Part shown: in pieces, positions 35,944 through 44,965 of the stretch
How the letters are laid out: the number at the start of each line of letters is the position of its first letter
How positions within the stretch are numbered: position 1 is the stretch's first letter
Source of the DNA: Clostridia bacterium
GTDB lineage: Bacteria; Bacillota; Clostridia; Christensenellales; Pumilibacteraceae
NCBI GenBank assembly: GCA_017623435.1
Contig: JAGAPD010000033.1
Span: 26,587 to 90,586, forward strand
Reading direction: 5' to 3'
DNA length: 64,000 nucleotides
Notes under the pieces: model-generated
The model's database searches: none
What the model saw: the letters and a program-made list of their open reading frames with translations, nothing else
Told to the model about the DNA's origin: nothing
Translations under genes and position numbers: made by a program

Positions 35944-37173
35944 ATGGATAGGCTAATTCTCCACAGCGATCTGAATAATTTTTACGCGTCGGTAGAGTGT
36001 CTGCTTAACCCCACTTTGCGCGACGTTCCGCTTGCCGTGGCAGGAAATCCGGAGCGACGTCACGGCGTAATCCTTGCCAAAAACGCTATCGCTAAAAAGG
36101 CAGGCGTTAAGACGGGCGACGTTATTTGGGAGGCGGAATTAAAGTGCCCGGGGCTAATTACCGTACCCCCTCATTTCGATCTATACTCAAAATTTTCCAA
36201 GCAGGTTTTTGATATTTACACGCATTACACTCCCCTCGTCGAGCCGTTTGGTCCGGACGAATGTTGGCTGGATCTTACGGGATGCGAAAGGCTTTTCGGC
36301 ACGGGCGAAGAAATCGCGCAAAAGATTTTGGCGGACGTCAAAAAGCAGACGGGGCTTACCGTGTCGGTGGGCGTTTCCTTTTCCAAATATTTAGCAAAAT
36401 TATGTAGCGATTTGGCTGAGCCTAACGATTTTTTCGTAGCAAAGAAAAATAATTTCAAGCAAAAATTGTGGAGCTTGCCCGTGGGAAAGCTTATGATGGT
36501 GGGCAAAAGCACTAACGCTAAGCTTAACACGCTGAATATTCACACGCTTGGCGACCTTGCGCTTGCGGACGAAAAGGCGCTACGCTCCGCGCTCGGTATT
36601 AACGGCGTTAAGCTTAAAAACGCGGCGCTCGGTCAGGACGGTGAAAGCGTGCGTCAGTACGACAAAAGTCGCGCTATCGAGAGCGTCGGTCACGGTATGA
36701 CGGCAATAAAAGATATCGTTGATCGCGAAGAGTTGCAAGCGCTGATTTGTTATCTTAGCGACAAAATTTCTACTCGTATGATAAAGTACGGCGTTAAAGG
36801 TAGTGGCGTGCACGTAGACCTTCGCAGTAGCGAGCTTAAACATACCAGTAAGCAGAAAAAACTGCTCCGCCCCACTTACTCGGGCATTGATATCGCGGAA
36901 AACGCTTTTGAACTTGCGCAAACCATTCTTGGCGACGCGCGCGTCCCCCTTCGCACGATCACCGTTAGCGTTTACGACCTGTGCGAGGCGACGGACGGAG
37001 TTCAGCTTTCCTTTTTTGATAAAAAGGACGTAAAGCGCGAAAACCTTGATTTGACGCTTGACAAAATTCGCACGAAATACGGCAAAGAAACGATAAAACG
37101 CGCCAACCTTATTGCACGGGATTTTATCTACGACAAAGACGACGCGGAGGACTTTTTGCCATTTAAAAGATAA
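35944..37173 (+). CDS. dinB: Y-family DNA polymerase IV
   Basis: 409 aa. LILHSDLNNFYASVECLLNPTLRDVPLAVAG and GVILAKNAIAKKAGVKTGD are typical of the ImpB/MucB/SamB family. RBS is AAGGGAG. Confidence 0.9.
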   Translation: MDRLILHSDLNNFYASVECLLNPTLRDVPLAVAGNPERRHGVILAKNAIAKKAGVKTGDVIWEAELKCPGLITVPPHFDLYSKFSKQVFDIYTHYTPLVEPFGPDECWLDLTGCERLFGTGEEIAQKILADVKKQTGLTVSVGVSFSKYLAKLCSDLAEPNDFFVAKKNNFKQKLWSLPVGKLMMVGKSTNAKLNTLNIHTLGDLALADEKALRSALGINGVKLKNAALGQDGESVRQYDKSRAIESVGHGMTAIKDIVDREELQALICYLSDKISTRMIKYGVKGSGVHVDLRSSELKHTSKQKKLLRPTYSGIDIAENAFELAQTILGDARVPLRTITVSVYDLCEATDGVQLSFFDKKDVKRENLDLTLDKIRTKYGKETIKRANLIARDFIYDKDDAEDFLPFKR

Positions 37174-37176
37174 AAA

Positions 37177-37198
37177 CTGCGAGGTACGTACCTTGCAG
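37177..37198. terminator. Palindromic bidirectional terminator with ACGT apex (CTGCGAGGT-ACGT-ACCTTGCAG)
   Basis: 9-bp stem with A-run and T-run flanks, between convergent dinB and mazF. Confidence 0.75.
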
Positions 37199-37203
37199 TT
37201 TCG

Positions 37204-37551
37204 TTATTTTATGAATCCAAGCGATATAAGTAAAGCCTTATCTATACTCTTCATAAGCTCCTCTCCAACTTCACCTACTCGCGACTTTAACCTGCGCTTA
37301 TCTATGGTGCGGACTTGTTCTAAAAGTGCGACTGAATCGCGCGCGAGTCCACATACTCCGCTTTTAATTTCCACGTGGGTGGGTAGTTTTGCCTTACAAA
37401 GCTGACTGGTAACCGCGCTAACGATTACGGTGGGAGAAAACTTATTACCGATATCGTTTTGCACGACTAAAACGGGGCGTACTCCACCCTGCTCGCTCCC
37501 AACGACGGGGCTTAAATCGGCATAATAAATTTCTCCGCGTTTTACTTCCAT
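37204..37551 (-). CDS. mazF: MazF/PemK (EndoA-like) endoribonuclease toxin
   Basis: 115 aa. [50 protein letters not shown] is a classic MazF signature. Confidence 0.9.
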   Translation of the reverse strand: MEVKRGEIYYADLSPVVGSEQGGVRPVLVVQNDIGNKFSPTVIVSAVTSQLCKAKLPTHVEIKSGVCGLARDSVALLEQVRTIDKRRLKSRVGEVGEELMKSIDKALLISLGFIK

Positions 37552-37552
37552 T

Positions 37553-37753
37553 TTACTCCGATAGCTTAAGGTTCAGCTCACCACACTGCTCGTACCCCTT
37601 TGCCATTTCCTCCTGCTCCATATTATGCGGTCGGACAAGCATAAGGTTCAATATTTCTACGACGTATTCTTCCGGCTTTAAACTTGCTACGCTCGCACGT
37701 CTTTCCAGTTCAAGCGCCGTTTGCTCCTCAAGCGTGATTAAGTATTTACGCAT
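37553..37753 (-). CDS. Ribbon-helix-helix-type antitoxin paired with MazF
   Basis: 66-aa ORF ending 1 nt before the mazF start. N-terminus [20 protein letters not shown] and the acidic C-terminus are typical of MazE-like antitoxins. Confidence 0.7.
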   Translation of the reverse strand: MRKYLITLEEQTALELERRASVASLKPEEYVVEILNLMLVRPHNMEQEEMAKGYEQCGELNLKLSE

Positions 37754-37865
37754 TAACTATTGTCTCCTTTTTCATCTTTCATACCTCTTTTTTTGTTTTT
37801 TTACAAAATTATTATGCGTCACTTTGCCTTTTTATATGTAATTTTTATAGGCAAAAATATAAAAA

Positions 37866-37887
37866 CGGAGCGGTACGTACCACTCCG
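37866..37887 (-). terminator. Palindromic terminator with ACGT apex (CGGAGCGGT-ACGT-ACCACTCCG)
   Basis: Fully paired, with one G-U pair, when read on the minus strand. A T-run follows on the minus strand. It is downstream of 37924..39297. Confidence 0.75.
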
Positions 37888-37923
37888 TTTTGTTGTTTTA
37901 TGCGTTTATATAGTGTTTATTGA

Positions 37924-39297
37924 TTACCAGTAATAGTCACTTATGGGATAGGGCGTACCTTCGTCTACGATCCAAAAATCGCTATCCCAGTCTTCTTGCT
38001 TTTCGTTAAGCGCGTACTTACTACCAGTAAAAGGAAGTTCCTCGTAATACTTGTCGTCGCCTTTAGTGGGCATAGTGTAAAGACCGTGAATATCTACGCC
38101 TAAAAAGTCCCTTCCGCAGACGAAAGCACAGTTAATCGCACGGCATCTGCTCGTATCGTTTACGTTGCGGTTTTGCCACTTAATCGTTCCCATCGAGAAA
38201 ACGGCTAAGCCTGCGTTAGTGCCGTCAACCAGCTCGTCCACGACCACCATAACGTTGCGCATACTCTTGCTCGTGCCGTGGTTTTCGTGCTGAATTATCG
38301 CGGTATCTTGCGAACAAACTACCTGTTTCATATGGATATAAACGTTTTCCCAAGCGCTATCGCGGTAAGCGCACATAAAAGTTCCGCCACCCCTTTTAAC
38401 GCAGTTGGTAAACAAAATGTCCTTAAGCCCAACGCCGTCACCCAAATACGCGTAGAAAAGCGAAGTACTGTCGTGCATCGTCAGTCCGTCAATGCGGTAG
38501 CCTCTGCCGTCAAGCGTTCCTCTGAATCCACCATCCCAGTCCTTTGACTTGTACTTCATTTCGTAAACGTAGTTATTAGGCACGAGCACGTCGTTTCCAA
38601 GCACGAAATAGCCTTCGAGCGTGGGAGCGTTTTCATTATGGTCGCCAAGCTCGTACGCCACGTCCTGCATAACGAACAACTCGTCCGCGTCGTTGATAAC
38701 CATTGCAACGTACTCCGCATCCGCCTGATAGTCGGCAGTTTCCGTCTTTATAATAAGTTTCTTTTCAAGTTTGCCCTGCGCAAAGCTTTCCATATTGAGC
38801 GCAATTCCAGCTTCGTCAACCGAAGTAAATATGCTTGCCCCGTCGTAAAGCACGTCCGTTACCTCGCCCTCTACTTCGTTAGGAAGTACGAAAGCGTTAC
38901 CAAGCGCATACTCGATAAAAACTGACTTTTCAAGCGCAACGCTACCTCTGCAAACTACGGTAATTTCCTTTTGGTAGGTTTTATTTTCTGCCGTCGCGGT
39001 GCAAACGATTTTTACGCTACCTGCTTTTTCGTACGAAACGGTCGCGCTTTCCTGCTCGACGGTCATAGTGACAACGTCCGTTTCGCTTTCTTCACTCAAA
39101 GTAAAGTCGACCACGCACGGAATTTCCTGTCCCTCTTTTGTGAGCGTAGCAAACACCATTTTGCTTTCGCCTGCGCTTAAAACGACCTGCTCTTGCGACA
39201 AGGTCAGCGTAACGGCGGGCTCGGACGGAGCACAAGCGGACAAAACGCCCACGCAAAGACCAAGCACTATCATCATCAAAGACAAAACTTTTCTCAT
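37924..39297 (-). CDS. Minimal single-module member of the BIG2 + beta-helix-module lipoprotein family
   Basis: 457 aa with lipobox GVLSAC. A BIG2-like domain and an Ig-like stalk are followed by EGYFVLGNDVLVPNN and FRGTLDGRGYRIDG motifs. Confidence 0.8.
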   Translation of the reverse strand: MRKVLSLMMIVLGLCVGVLSACAPSEPAVTLTLSQEQVVLSAGESKMVFATLTKEGQEIPCVVDFTLSEESETDVVTMTVEQESATVSYEKAGSVKIVCTATAENKTYQKEITVVCRGSVALEKSVFIEYALGNAFVLPNEVEGEVTDVLYDGASIFTSVDEAGIALNMESFAQGKLEKKLIIKTETADYQADAEYVAMVINDADELFVMQDVAYELGDHNENAPTLEGYFVLGNDVLVPNNYVYEMKYKSKDWDGGFRGTLDGRGYRIDGLTMHDSTSLFYAYLGDGVGLKDILFTNCVKRGGGTFMCAYRDSAWENVYIHMKQVVCSQDTAIIQHENHGTSKSMRNVMVVVDELVDGTNAGLAVFSMGTIKWQNRNVNDTSRCRAINCAFVCGRDFLGVDIHGLYTMPTKGDDKYYEELPFTGSKYALNEKQEDWDSDFWIVDEGTPYPISDYYW

Positions 39298-39381
39298 TTC
39301 CCTCTCTCCGTTGTATCGTTTTTATCATTATAACATAAATCGTTCGTAAATGCAATATTTTCGTAGACATTTTATTTTCTC

Positions 39382-39410
39382 TTGCATTATTTAATTTTTG
39401 GTGTTATAAT
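39382..39410 (+). promoter_or_regulatory. Sigma-70-type promoter (TTGCAT-N17-TATAAT)
   Basis: TTGCAT at 39382..39387 and TATAAT at 39405..39410, upstream of 39438. Confidence 0.6.
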
Positions 39411-39437
39411 TGTCTTATCAATTTCAAGGAGAAAACT

Positions 39438-40685
39438 ATGAACGAATGCGCTTGGGTTTACGTTGCGTCAAATGATGGCGAGCAAGCAAAAAAGGATAAC
39501 GCTGATTTCGTTTGCACGGGCGCGCACGACGAGCTCACTATCCAAAAGGCGATAGATAAGTGCGCCGAAGAAAACAAAAACCTTTTTCTATACAACGGCA
39601 AGTATTTTATCGAGGGATTTTACGATTTTGGCGACGGCGGTCCAAAAACCGCGTTGCGCTTTCCTAACCTTAGACGCGAAATCAGAGTTTGCGGCGAGAC
39701 TTCGCGCTATTCTCGAAACGACGGCGTCAGACTTTTCGTGACCAAGGAAACGCTTGACGCGCTCCCAGGCGCAGTTATTGACGCTAACTCAAACGACGTG
39801 GCAAAAAATCCCGTGGACGTTATGCGCACGGGTTGGTCGGAGTACGGACTGGGTAACGGCTCGTCACTTCGTCTTGAAAATTTTTCGGTGCTTTTATCGT
39901 ACAATCAAAAGCCCATTCGTTGCATTGACTTGCGTCGTTGCGACAGAATCGACGCGAAAAATATTACCGTGCTTGGTTACGCAGAAATGAATGCGGGACT
40001 GGGCAATCCCCCTGCCGTGCCCGTGGAGGGCTGTATAGGCGTAACGCTTACGGACGGCAGTAATCATTCGTACAGTAATTTTACGAACGTGGGTGCGAGC
40101 GGTTTTTACGAGGGCATTCAGGTCAGCGGTGAGCACGTAGTCCTTATCAACTGCAACGCCATTATGAATTACTACGGATACACTTTTGGAAACTACGCCA
40201 TAAACTGTGGCGCAAACCATCCCATCACGCTTATTAACTGCATGGACGAGCGCAACGTGTGCTTACCCCTGTTCAACTGCTGTGGCGACTCCGACAAGCA
40301 AGGTAACCGTTTGCAAGGCATGCAAGAAGTTAGTATGATAAGCTTTAATATCGAACGATTTGCTGCGCAAACGCCCGGTCAAAAGCTAAAAGACTGCATG
40401 CGCGAGGTTCACCCCGGCACTTGGCGTGGCAATATTGATTTTACCGCTCAGCCCGGCTGGAATCATATCAACGAAGTGGATTTTCAGTTATGGGAAAACG
40501 ACGGATCAGGCTCGGGCTTTAAGACGAGAAACGTCGCACACAAAATCGTTTGCGACAGCGGGGAAAGACTGTCCTACTATCCCACTCTCGGTCAGCAAAT
40601 ATTCGACACGACGCTTAATAAAATGGTCGTTTGCGTAGATCCTAAAAATAGAAAATGGGTAGACTTTTTAGGTAACGAAGTATAA
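39438..40685 (+). CDS. Right-handed beta-helix (pectate-lyase-superfamily-like) protein without signal peptide
   Basis: 415 aa with RBS AAGGAG. The N-terminal CTGAHDELTIQKAIDKCAEENKNLFLYNGKYFIEG resembles the start of pectate_lyase_3/tailspike-like beta-helix proteins. No hydrophobic leader is present. Confidence 0.55.
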   Translation: MNECAWVYVASNDGEQAKKDNADFVCTGAHDELTIQKAIDKCAEENKNLFLYNGKYFIEGFYDFGDGGPKTALRFPNLRREIRVCGETSRYSRNDGVRLFVTKETLDALPGAVIDANSNDVAKNPVDVMRTGWSEYGLGNGSSLRLENFSVLLSYNQKPIRCIDLRRCDRIDAKNITVLGYAEMNAGLGNPPAVPVEGCIGVTLTDGSNHSYSNFTNVGASGFYEGIQVSGEHVVLINCNAIMNYYGYTFGNYAINCGANHPITLINCMDERNVCLPLFNCCGDSDKQGNRLQGMQEVSMISFNIERFAAQTPGQKLKDCMREVHPGTWRGNIDFTAQPGWNHINEVDFQLWENDGSGSGFKTRNVAHKIVCDSGERLSYYPTLGQQIFDTTLNKMVVCVDPKNRKWVDFLGNEV

Positions 40686-40710
40686 AAAGAAAATTAGTTA
40701 AATACAAAAA

Positions 40711-40732
40711 CCCGATAGGACGTCCTATCGGG
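40711..40732. terminator. Perfect 22-nt palindromic bidirectional terminator with ACGT apex (CCCGATAGG-ACGT-CCTATCGGG)
   Basis: Flanked by A5 and T-rich runs, between convergent genes. Confidence 0.8.
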
Positions 40733-40743
40733 TTTTGATTTTT

Positions 40744-41334
40744 TTAAATTTTCCATTCGGTCTTTTTGACCACTTTGCATAACGGGGCAAAGCCCACTAA
40801 CATAAACACGATATTACCCACGAGTTGAATCGCGTAAAACACGAGTCCGCTGACGTACATCGGGAAAAAGGGAGCGCCGTACATGATACAGTAAACGCCC
40901 GTCGTGATAAATCCGAACGACGCCGTTCCTGCGATTGCTAAAATTAGGTACGCGTACGTGCTTTTTATCCCAAATTTTTGCATCGTTGCGCCTATAAACG
41001 CAAGCGCGTTCCAGTAGATAAAATAAGATATCGCGACGTCAATCGAGAACGAATACAAAAACATATCTAAAATGCAAAATACGACCGTAGCCCCAAGCAC
41101 GCGATAGCCAAAGCAGCAAGCAAAGACCATCACGAGCGTGGTCACGACCTCTACGTTAGGGATAAAGGAAAGAGCAAGCTTTCCAAGCACAAGCATTCCG
41201 CTCATAATAGCGACGTACGTAATTTCCCTTGCGCTTTTCAGCGCGATTTTTTTGCCCTTATTTTGCTCTTTTTTGTCAAAATCGGCATATACGTCCCCGT
41301 CAATTTTATTAACTTTTTCCTTTTCGTCAAGCAT
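40744..41334 (-). CDS. ECF-transporter S-component-like integral membrane protein
   Basis: About 5-6 hydrophobic helices (LSFIPNVEVVTTLVMVFACCFGY...). It overlaps the upstream DUF4430-like gene by 8 nt, suggesting coupled translation. The start is ATG at 41334; the track start at 41373 is a GTG inside the upstream gene. Confidence 0.5.
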   Translation of the reverse strand: MLDEKEKVNKIDGDVYADFDKKEQNKGKKIALKSAREITYVAIMSGMLVLGKLALSFIPNVEVVTTLVMVFACCFGYRVLGATVVFCILDMFLYSFSIDVAISYFIYWNALAFIGATMQKFGIKSTYAYLILAIAGTASFGFITTGVYCIMYGAPFFPMYVSGLVFYAIQLVGNIVFMLVGFAPLCKVVKKTEWKI

Positions 41335-41932
41335 TTTTCTTTCTTTTTGCGATAATAAAATAAACCATTTCACCGACCGCTACGACGAGCAAAATTCCTG
41401 CGATAATATAGAAAACCGTAGCGTTGGGATTAGCAGGCGTTTGCGTTATCGAGCCGTCACCACCGTTTGCGAGCGTGGTCGAGAGCGTTGCCCAGTTACT
41501 GTCGTAAACCTGAACGCCGTACTCAAAGGTGATTTTACTATAATAACTGCCGTCGTCTTTGGTTAAGCTTTGCGTGCTTACGCCGTAGTTAGCGTAAACG
41601 CCGTCCATCTTAAAGGTGTAATAATAGCCGTTAGCGTCGTCCTGAGCCGTGCCTTTCAACGCGGTAAGGTACTCCCCGTACGCTCCATTTTCCGTAACTA
41701 AACTAAGCTCGAGAAGGTCGTCGTACTCTTTCAGTAGTTCAAGCACCGTGCCTTTATTCGTCGTTAAATCCTCGTAGGTGTATGTGACGTTAGCGTATTT
41801 GATTTCAAGCGTGAGTTTCTTTTCGCCGTTGTCCGTTTTGGGTAAGCACAAGCCGTAAACAAGTAGCATTACGCCCACGAGCAAAAAGCCGATAAAACTA
41901 ATTAAAATTGTCTTTTTAACGTTGGAATTCAT
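41327..41932 (-). CDS. DUF4430-like (transcobalamin-like fold) membrane-anchored binding protein
   Basis: 201 aa with an N-terminal TM/lipobox-like LVYGLC. The middle region GAYGEYLTALKGTAQDDANGYYYTFKMDGVYANYGVS fits the DUF4430 pattern. A C-terminal TM helix is present. Confidence 0.5.
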   Translation of the reverse strand: MNSNVKKTILISFIGFLLVGVMLLVYGLCLPKTDNGEKKLTLEIKYANVTYTYEDLTTNKGTVLELLKEYDDLLELSLVTENGAYGEYLTALKGTAQDDANGYYYTFKMDGVYANYGVSTQSLTKDDGSYYSKITFEYGVQVYDSNWATLSTTLANGGDGSITQTPANPNATVFYIIAGILLVVAVGEMVYFIIAKRKKNA

Positions 41933-41960
41933 ATCTTTTCTCCTCTTTTTCGTTTGCTTA

Positions 41961-41989
41961 ATTATAGCAACTTTTACTTTTTAAGTAAA
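41961..41989 (-). promoter_or_regulatory. Sigma-70-type promoter (TTTACT-N17-TATAAT)
   Basis: Minus strand TTTACT (41989..41984) and TATAAT (41966..41961), upstream of 41932. Confidence 0.5.
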
Positions 41990-42044
41990 CGAAAAGGGAA
42001 TAGTGTACTTTTTCTTTTTTTGAGCTAAAACGGGAAAATATAGC

Positions 42045-43508
42045 CTATAATTTTATGATGATGTCGCTGGCAAGTACGCTCACGGACGAGCCTTTTTCCC
42101 TTTCAACCTGCTCGCCCACTTTTCCAAAGTGATAGCAAGCGCACTTCGTCGCTAAATAAGCGTCAGTCACGCACGAAAACGCGCCTACGATTCCGCACAA
42201 AACGTCGCCACTTCCGCCCTTTGCCATAGCAGGCGTGCCCGTAACGTTAAACGCTACGCTATCGCCGTCCGTAATAATAGTCGTTGCCGACTTTACCGCT
42301 AAAACGCAAGCGTACTTTTTAGCAAACGCTTTTGCTTGCTCGATATAACAGCGCTCAATTCCACCGCTTAAACGGTTAAACTCGCCTACGTGCGGAGTCA
42401 AAATAAGCGTGCATTTATGGTTTTCAATAGCAGATAAATCACGAGAAATTACGTTAAGCGCGTCCGCGTCAAGCACCACGATTCCGTCAAAACGGGACAC
42501 CACGTACCTAACCGTTTGTAAAATTTCGTCCGATTTTCCTACTCCCGGACCTATGACGATAGCGTTAGCACCCGTCATAATCTCGTCCAAATTATTTGGC
42601 GAAAATCGAATTCCGCCTTTGCCGTCGTCGGGCAAAAAGTAAAGCATAGTTTCCTTTACCCTTGACTGATAAGCACACTTTTCGGACTCAGGCACGCACA
42701 AGGTCACGAGCCCTGCTCCGCCCCTTGACGCGCTTACTGCCGACTCAAAACTCATAAGCGGTGCACCCGGCATAACCGCACTACCACCTATAACCTTTAC
42801 CCTACCGTAATCACCCTTATGCGAAACGGGTTTTCGGGGTGGCAAAATTGCGTTTTCTATCACCTCGCCAACGCTCTCGCACTCAATACCGATATCGCAA
42901 ACGGTCACTTTGCCCGTGTAATTTCTGCCCTCGTTCATTATAAGTCCGCTTTTTGCGTAAGAAAAAGTGAGCGTTTCGTTTGCCACGACGCATTCACCGT
43001 AAGCAAAACCGCTACGAGCGCACAAGCCTGACGGAATATCGGCGGAAATTATATAAGCACCACTCTCATTTATCTCTTTGATTGCTTTACTATAATCACC
43101 TTCGGGCGCACGGGTAAGTCCTATACCGAAAACGCCGTCCAAAATTATATCGTAACTATCCGTTACGCCGTCAACGAATTTAACGCTCTTGTCCTTTAAG
43201 CGCTTTACTCGCGCTCCATTCCCCTCGTTTCTTTTTTCTCCAACGAGATAAACGCTTACGTCGTAGCCGTCCAGCGCAAGCGCGCATTCAAGCACGTCAC
43301 AGCCGTTATTGCCTGCGCCCGCGACCGCTAAAATTTTTGCGTTTTCTTTTGCAAGTGAAATAACCTTTTCTTTTAAAAAGGTAGACGCGCGTGAAATAAG
43401 CTCATCCTCACTCACGCCCCTATTCATTAGCGTTATTTCAGCCTCTTTTAACTTTTCAGGATAAACGATTTTCATTATTTTACCTAATTTTGTCACGATT
43501 TGGGGCAT
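42045..43508 (-). CDS. nnr: Bifunctional NAD(P)H-hydrate repair enzyme (epimerase + ADP-dependent dehydratase)
   Basis: YjeF N-terminal motif AGAGNNGCDV and C-terminal carbohydrate-kinase-like HKGDYGRVKVIGGSAVMPGAPLMS...GGSGDVLCG. ATG at 43508 has RBS GAGGG; an alternative start is at 43475. Confidence 0.85.
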   Translation of the reverse strand: MPQIVTKLGKIMKIVYPEKLKEAEITLMNRGVSEDELISRASTFLKEKVISLAKENAKILAVAGAGNNGCDVLECALALDGYDVSVYLVGEKRNEGNGARVKRLKDKSVKFVDGVTDSYDIILDGVFGIGLTRAPEGDYSKAIKEINESGAYIISADIPSGLCARSGFAYGECVVANETLTFSYAKSGLIMNEGRNYTGKVTVCDIGIECESVGEVIENAILPPRKPVSHKGDYGRVKVIGGSAVMPGAPLMSFESAVSASRGGAGLVTLCVPESEKCAYQSRVKETMLYFLPDDGKGGIRFSPNNLDEIMTGANAIVIGPGVGKSDEILQTVRYVVSRFDGIVVLDADALNVISRDLSAIENHKCTLILTPHVGEFNRLSGGIERCYIEQAKAFAKKYACVLAVKSATTIITDGDSVAFNVTGTPAMAKGGSGDVLCGIVGAFSCVTDAYLATKCACYHFGKVGEQVEREKGSSVSVLASDIIIKL

Positions 43509-43519
43509 ACGTACCCTCG

Positions 43520-44152
43520 TTATTCATAATCGTCGTCACTATCTTCACCTATTTCGTCGCATATTCTTTGAGTGGCGGAACTAATATCGTCACCGTTAAA
43601 TCCACGCGAATAAAGGTACGCTTTCAGTTTCATTGCGTTAAAGTTTTTATGGGTGCGGACGTACTTTTGCGCCGTTTTATAAGCGGCGTCTTCTTGCTCT
43701 TCAATAGCGTTAAGCGCCTCGTCAATCGCGTTTTTGTCCGCGCCAAGTCGCATCATATCCATACGCATTTTCTTAACGCCCACACGGCTGGCGTAAACAG
43801 CGACGTACTCACGGCAAAAACGGTAGTCGTCGAGATAGCCGTACTCGCAAAGCTTGTCAACTGCGTAGTCAACGGACTGCGGAAGATAACCCTTTTCGCG
43901 AAGATGCGTTCTTACTTCCTTTTTCGTGCGCTGACGGTAGGCAATATATTTTACCGCTTTATCAAACGCGATGCGCTTTTCGCTTTCTTTGCAAATTTCC
44001 ATCAGTTCGTCGATCTCGATTTCGTCACCGATAGCGATACGCGACTGAGCGAACGTGAGCTCGTCAAGTCCACAAACGAATTCGCCGTCCACGAAAATGC
44101 TAACGCGCGTTTCCTTTTTCTTTTGTCTTGTTACGTCCGTAATCTTTCCCAT
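43520..44152 (-). CDS. recX: RecA regulator RecX
   Basis: 210 aa. The pattern TRVSIFVDGEFVCGLDELTFAQSRIAIGDEIE... KAVKYIAYRQRTKKEVRTHLREKGY is typical of RecX three-helix repeats. Confidence 0.85.
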   Translation of the reverse strand: MGKITDVTRQKKKETRVSIFVDGEFVCGLDELTFAQSRIAIGDEIEIDELMEICKESEKRIAFDKAVKYIAYRQRTKKEVRTHLREKGYLPQSVDYAVDKLCEYGYLDDYRFCREYVAVYASRVGVKKMRMDMMRLGADKNAIDEALNAIEEQEDAAYKTAQKYVRTHKNFNAMKLKAYLYSRGFNGDDISSATQRICDEIGEDSDDDYE

Positions 44153-44293
44153 ACCTAAATTATACCACTATTTGCAAAAAATCACAATAATTTTTGCGCC
44201 AAGTAGCAAGTAATTAAAAGTTTTTTAACTTTTCGCGTTTATTTTTGAGTAAATTTGCACAAGATAAGGTTATAAACGACAGGAGGATTTTTT

Positions 44294-44491
44294 ATGGCAA
44301 CTAAAATGACCACGAAAACTTTGCAGGAACTTAACGAACTGCTCGGTAGTGAACAGCTTTGCTACAAGAAGTGCTGTAACTACGTGAGCGAGTGTACCGA
44401 CCCTACTCTTAAAACCAAGCTGGGCGTGTACGCAGACAACTGTAAGTCGCGTTTTGAAACGCTACTTGGCTATTTGAACAAGCATCAATAA
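44294..44491 (+). CDS. Small Cys-rich helical protein, possibly CotF-associated
   Basis: 65-aa ORF with strong RBS AGGAGGA, immediately upstream of a CotF-like gene. It has the same helical pattern (LQELNELLGSEQLCYKKC...DPTLKTKL). Confidence 0.55.
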   Translation: MATKMTTKTLQELNELLGSEQLCYKKCCNYVSECTDPTLKTKLGVYADNCKSRFETLLGYLNKHQ

Positions 44492-44501
44492 GGAGGAATT
44501 T

Positions 44502-44894
44502 ATGGCTACTACTAAGAAAAACACCACTACCAAAGGTAAAACCACCAAAACTTCGGTTAAGAGCAAGACGGCAACCAAGCCCACCCAAAAGTGTAACTGC
44601 TGGACGGAGCAAGCACAAGACGCGTGCAAGCTTACCGATTACGACATTATTTCGGACGTACTTGGCTCGCACAAAAATCTTATCAAGCTTTACGGCACGG
44701 CGCTTTGCGAAATCGGATGCGAGGACCTTCGCTCTATCGTAGAAAGTAAGATGAGCGAATGCGCGGAAGATCAGTACGACGCGTTCTTGTATATGAACCA
44801 GCGCGGTATGTATAAGACCGAGCCTGCTACCGAAAAGAAGGTAAAAGAGGCACGCCAAAAGTACGCCGGCGCTATCAAGAATCTTAAGAAATAA
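44502..44894 (+). CDS. Coat F domain (spore coat protein F-like) protein
   Basis: 130 aa with RBS AAGGAGGA. LTDYDIISDVLGSHKNLIKLYGTALCEIGCEDLRSIVESKMSECAEDQYDAFLYMNQRGMYK matches the Coat_F pattern. The N-terminus is K/T-rich. Confidence 0.65.
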   Translation: MATTKKNTTTKGKTTKTSVKSKTATKPTQKCNCWTEQAQDACKLTDYDIISDVLGSHKNLIKLYGTALCEIGCEDLRSIVESKMSECAEDQYDAFLYMNQRGMYKTEPATEKKVKEARQKYAGAIKNLKK

Positions 44895-44933
44895 GAAACA
44901 AAGGAGCTGGATATTGTAACAGCGACTAAAAAA

Positions 44934-44957
44934 ACGGGCTACCACGTGGTAGTCCGT
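44934..44957. terminator. Palindromic bidirectional terminator with ACGT apex (ACGGGCTACC-ACGT-GGTAGTCCGT)
   Basis: 10-bp stem (one G-U pair on the plus strand) with A8 upstream and T-runs downstream, between convergent genes. Confidence 0.8.
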
Positions 44958-44965
44958 TTTACTTT

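Noticed and set aside
41933-42044. Expected a cobalamin riboswitch upstream of the DUF4430/ECF-S pair
   Set aside because: Only ~110 nt of AT-rich sequence containing a promoter is available. No B12-box-like GCCACTG or GGGAA..GGTGAAA elements are present.
43495-43520. GGGCATACGTACCC near the recX/nnr junction looked like another ACGT-apex terminator
   Set aside because: The stem is only 3 bp and has no flanking A/T runs. The sequence serves as the RBS (GAGGG) and start codon context of nnr.
44409-44945. 178-aa minus-strand ORF antisense to the CotF-like genes
   Set aside because: The plus-strand genes have strong RBSs and recognisable Coat_F motifs, while the antisense ORF has neither.
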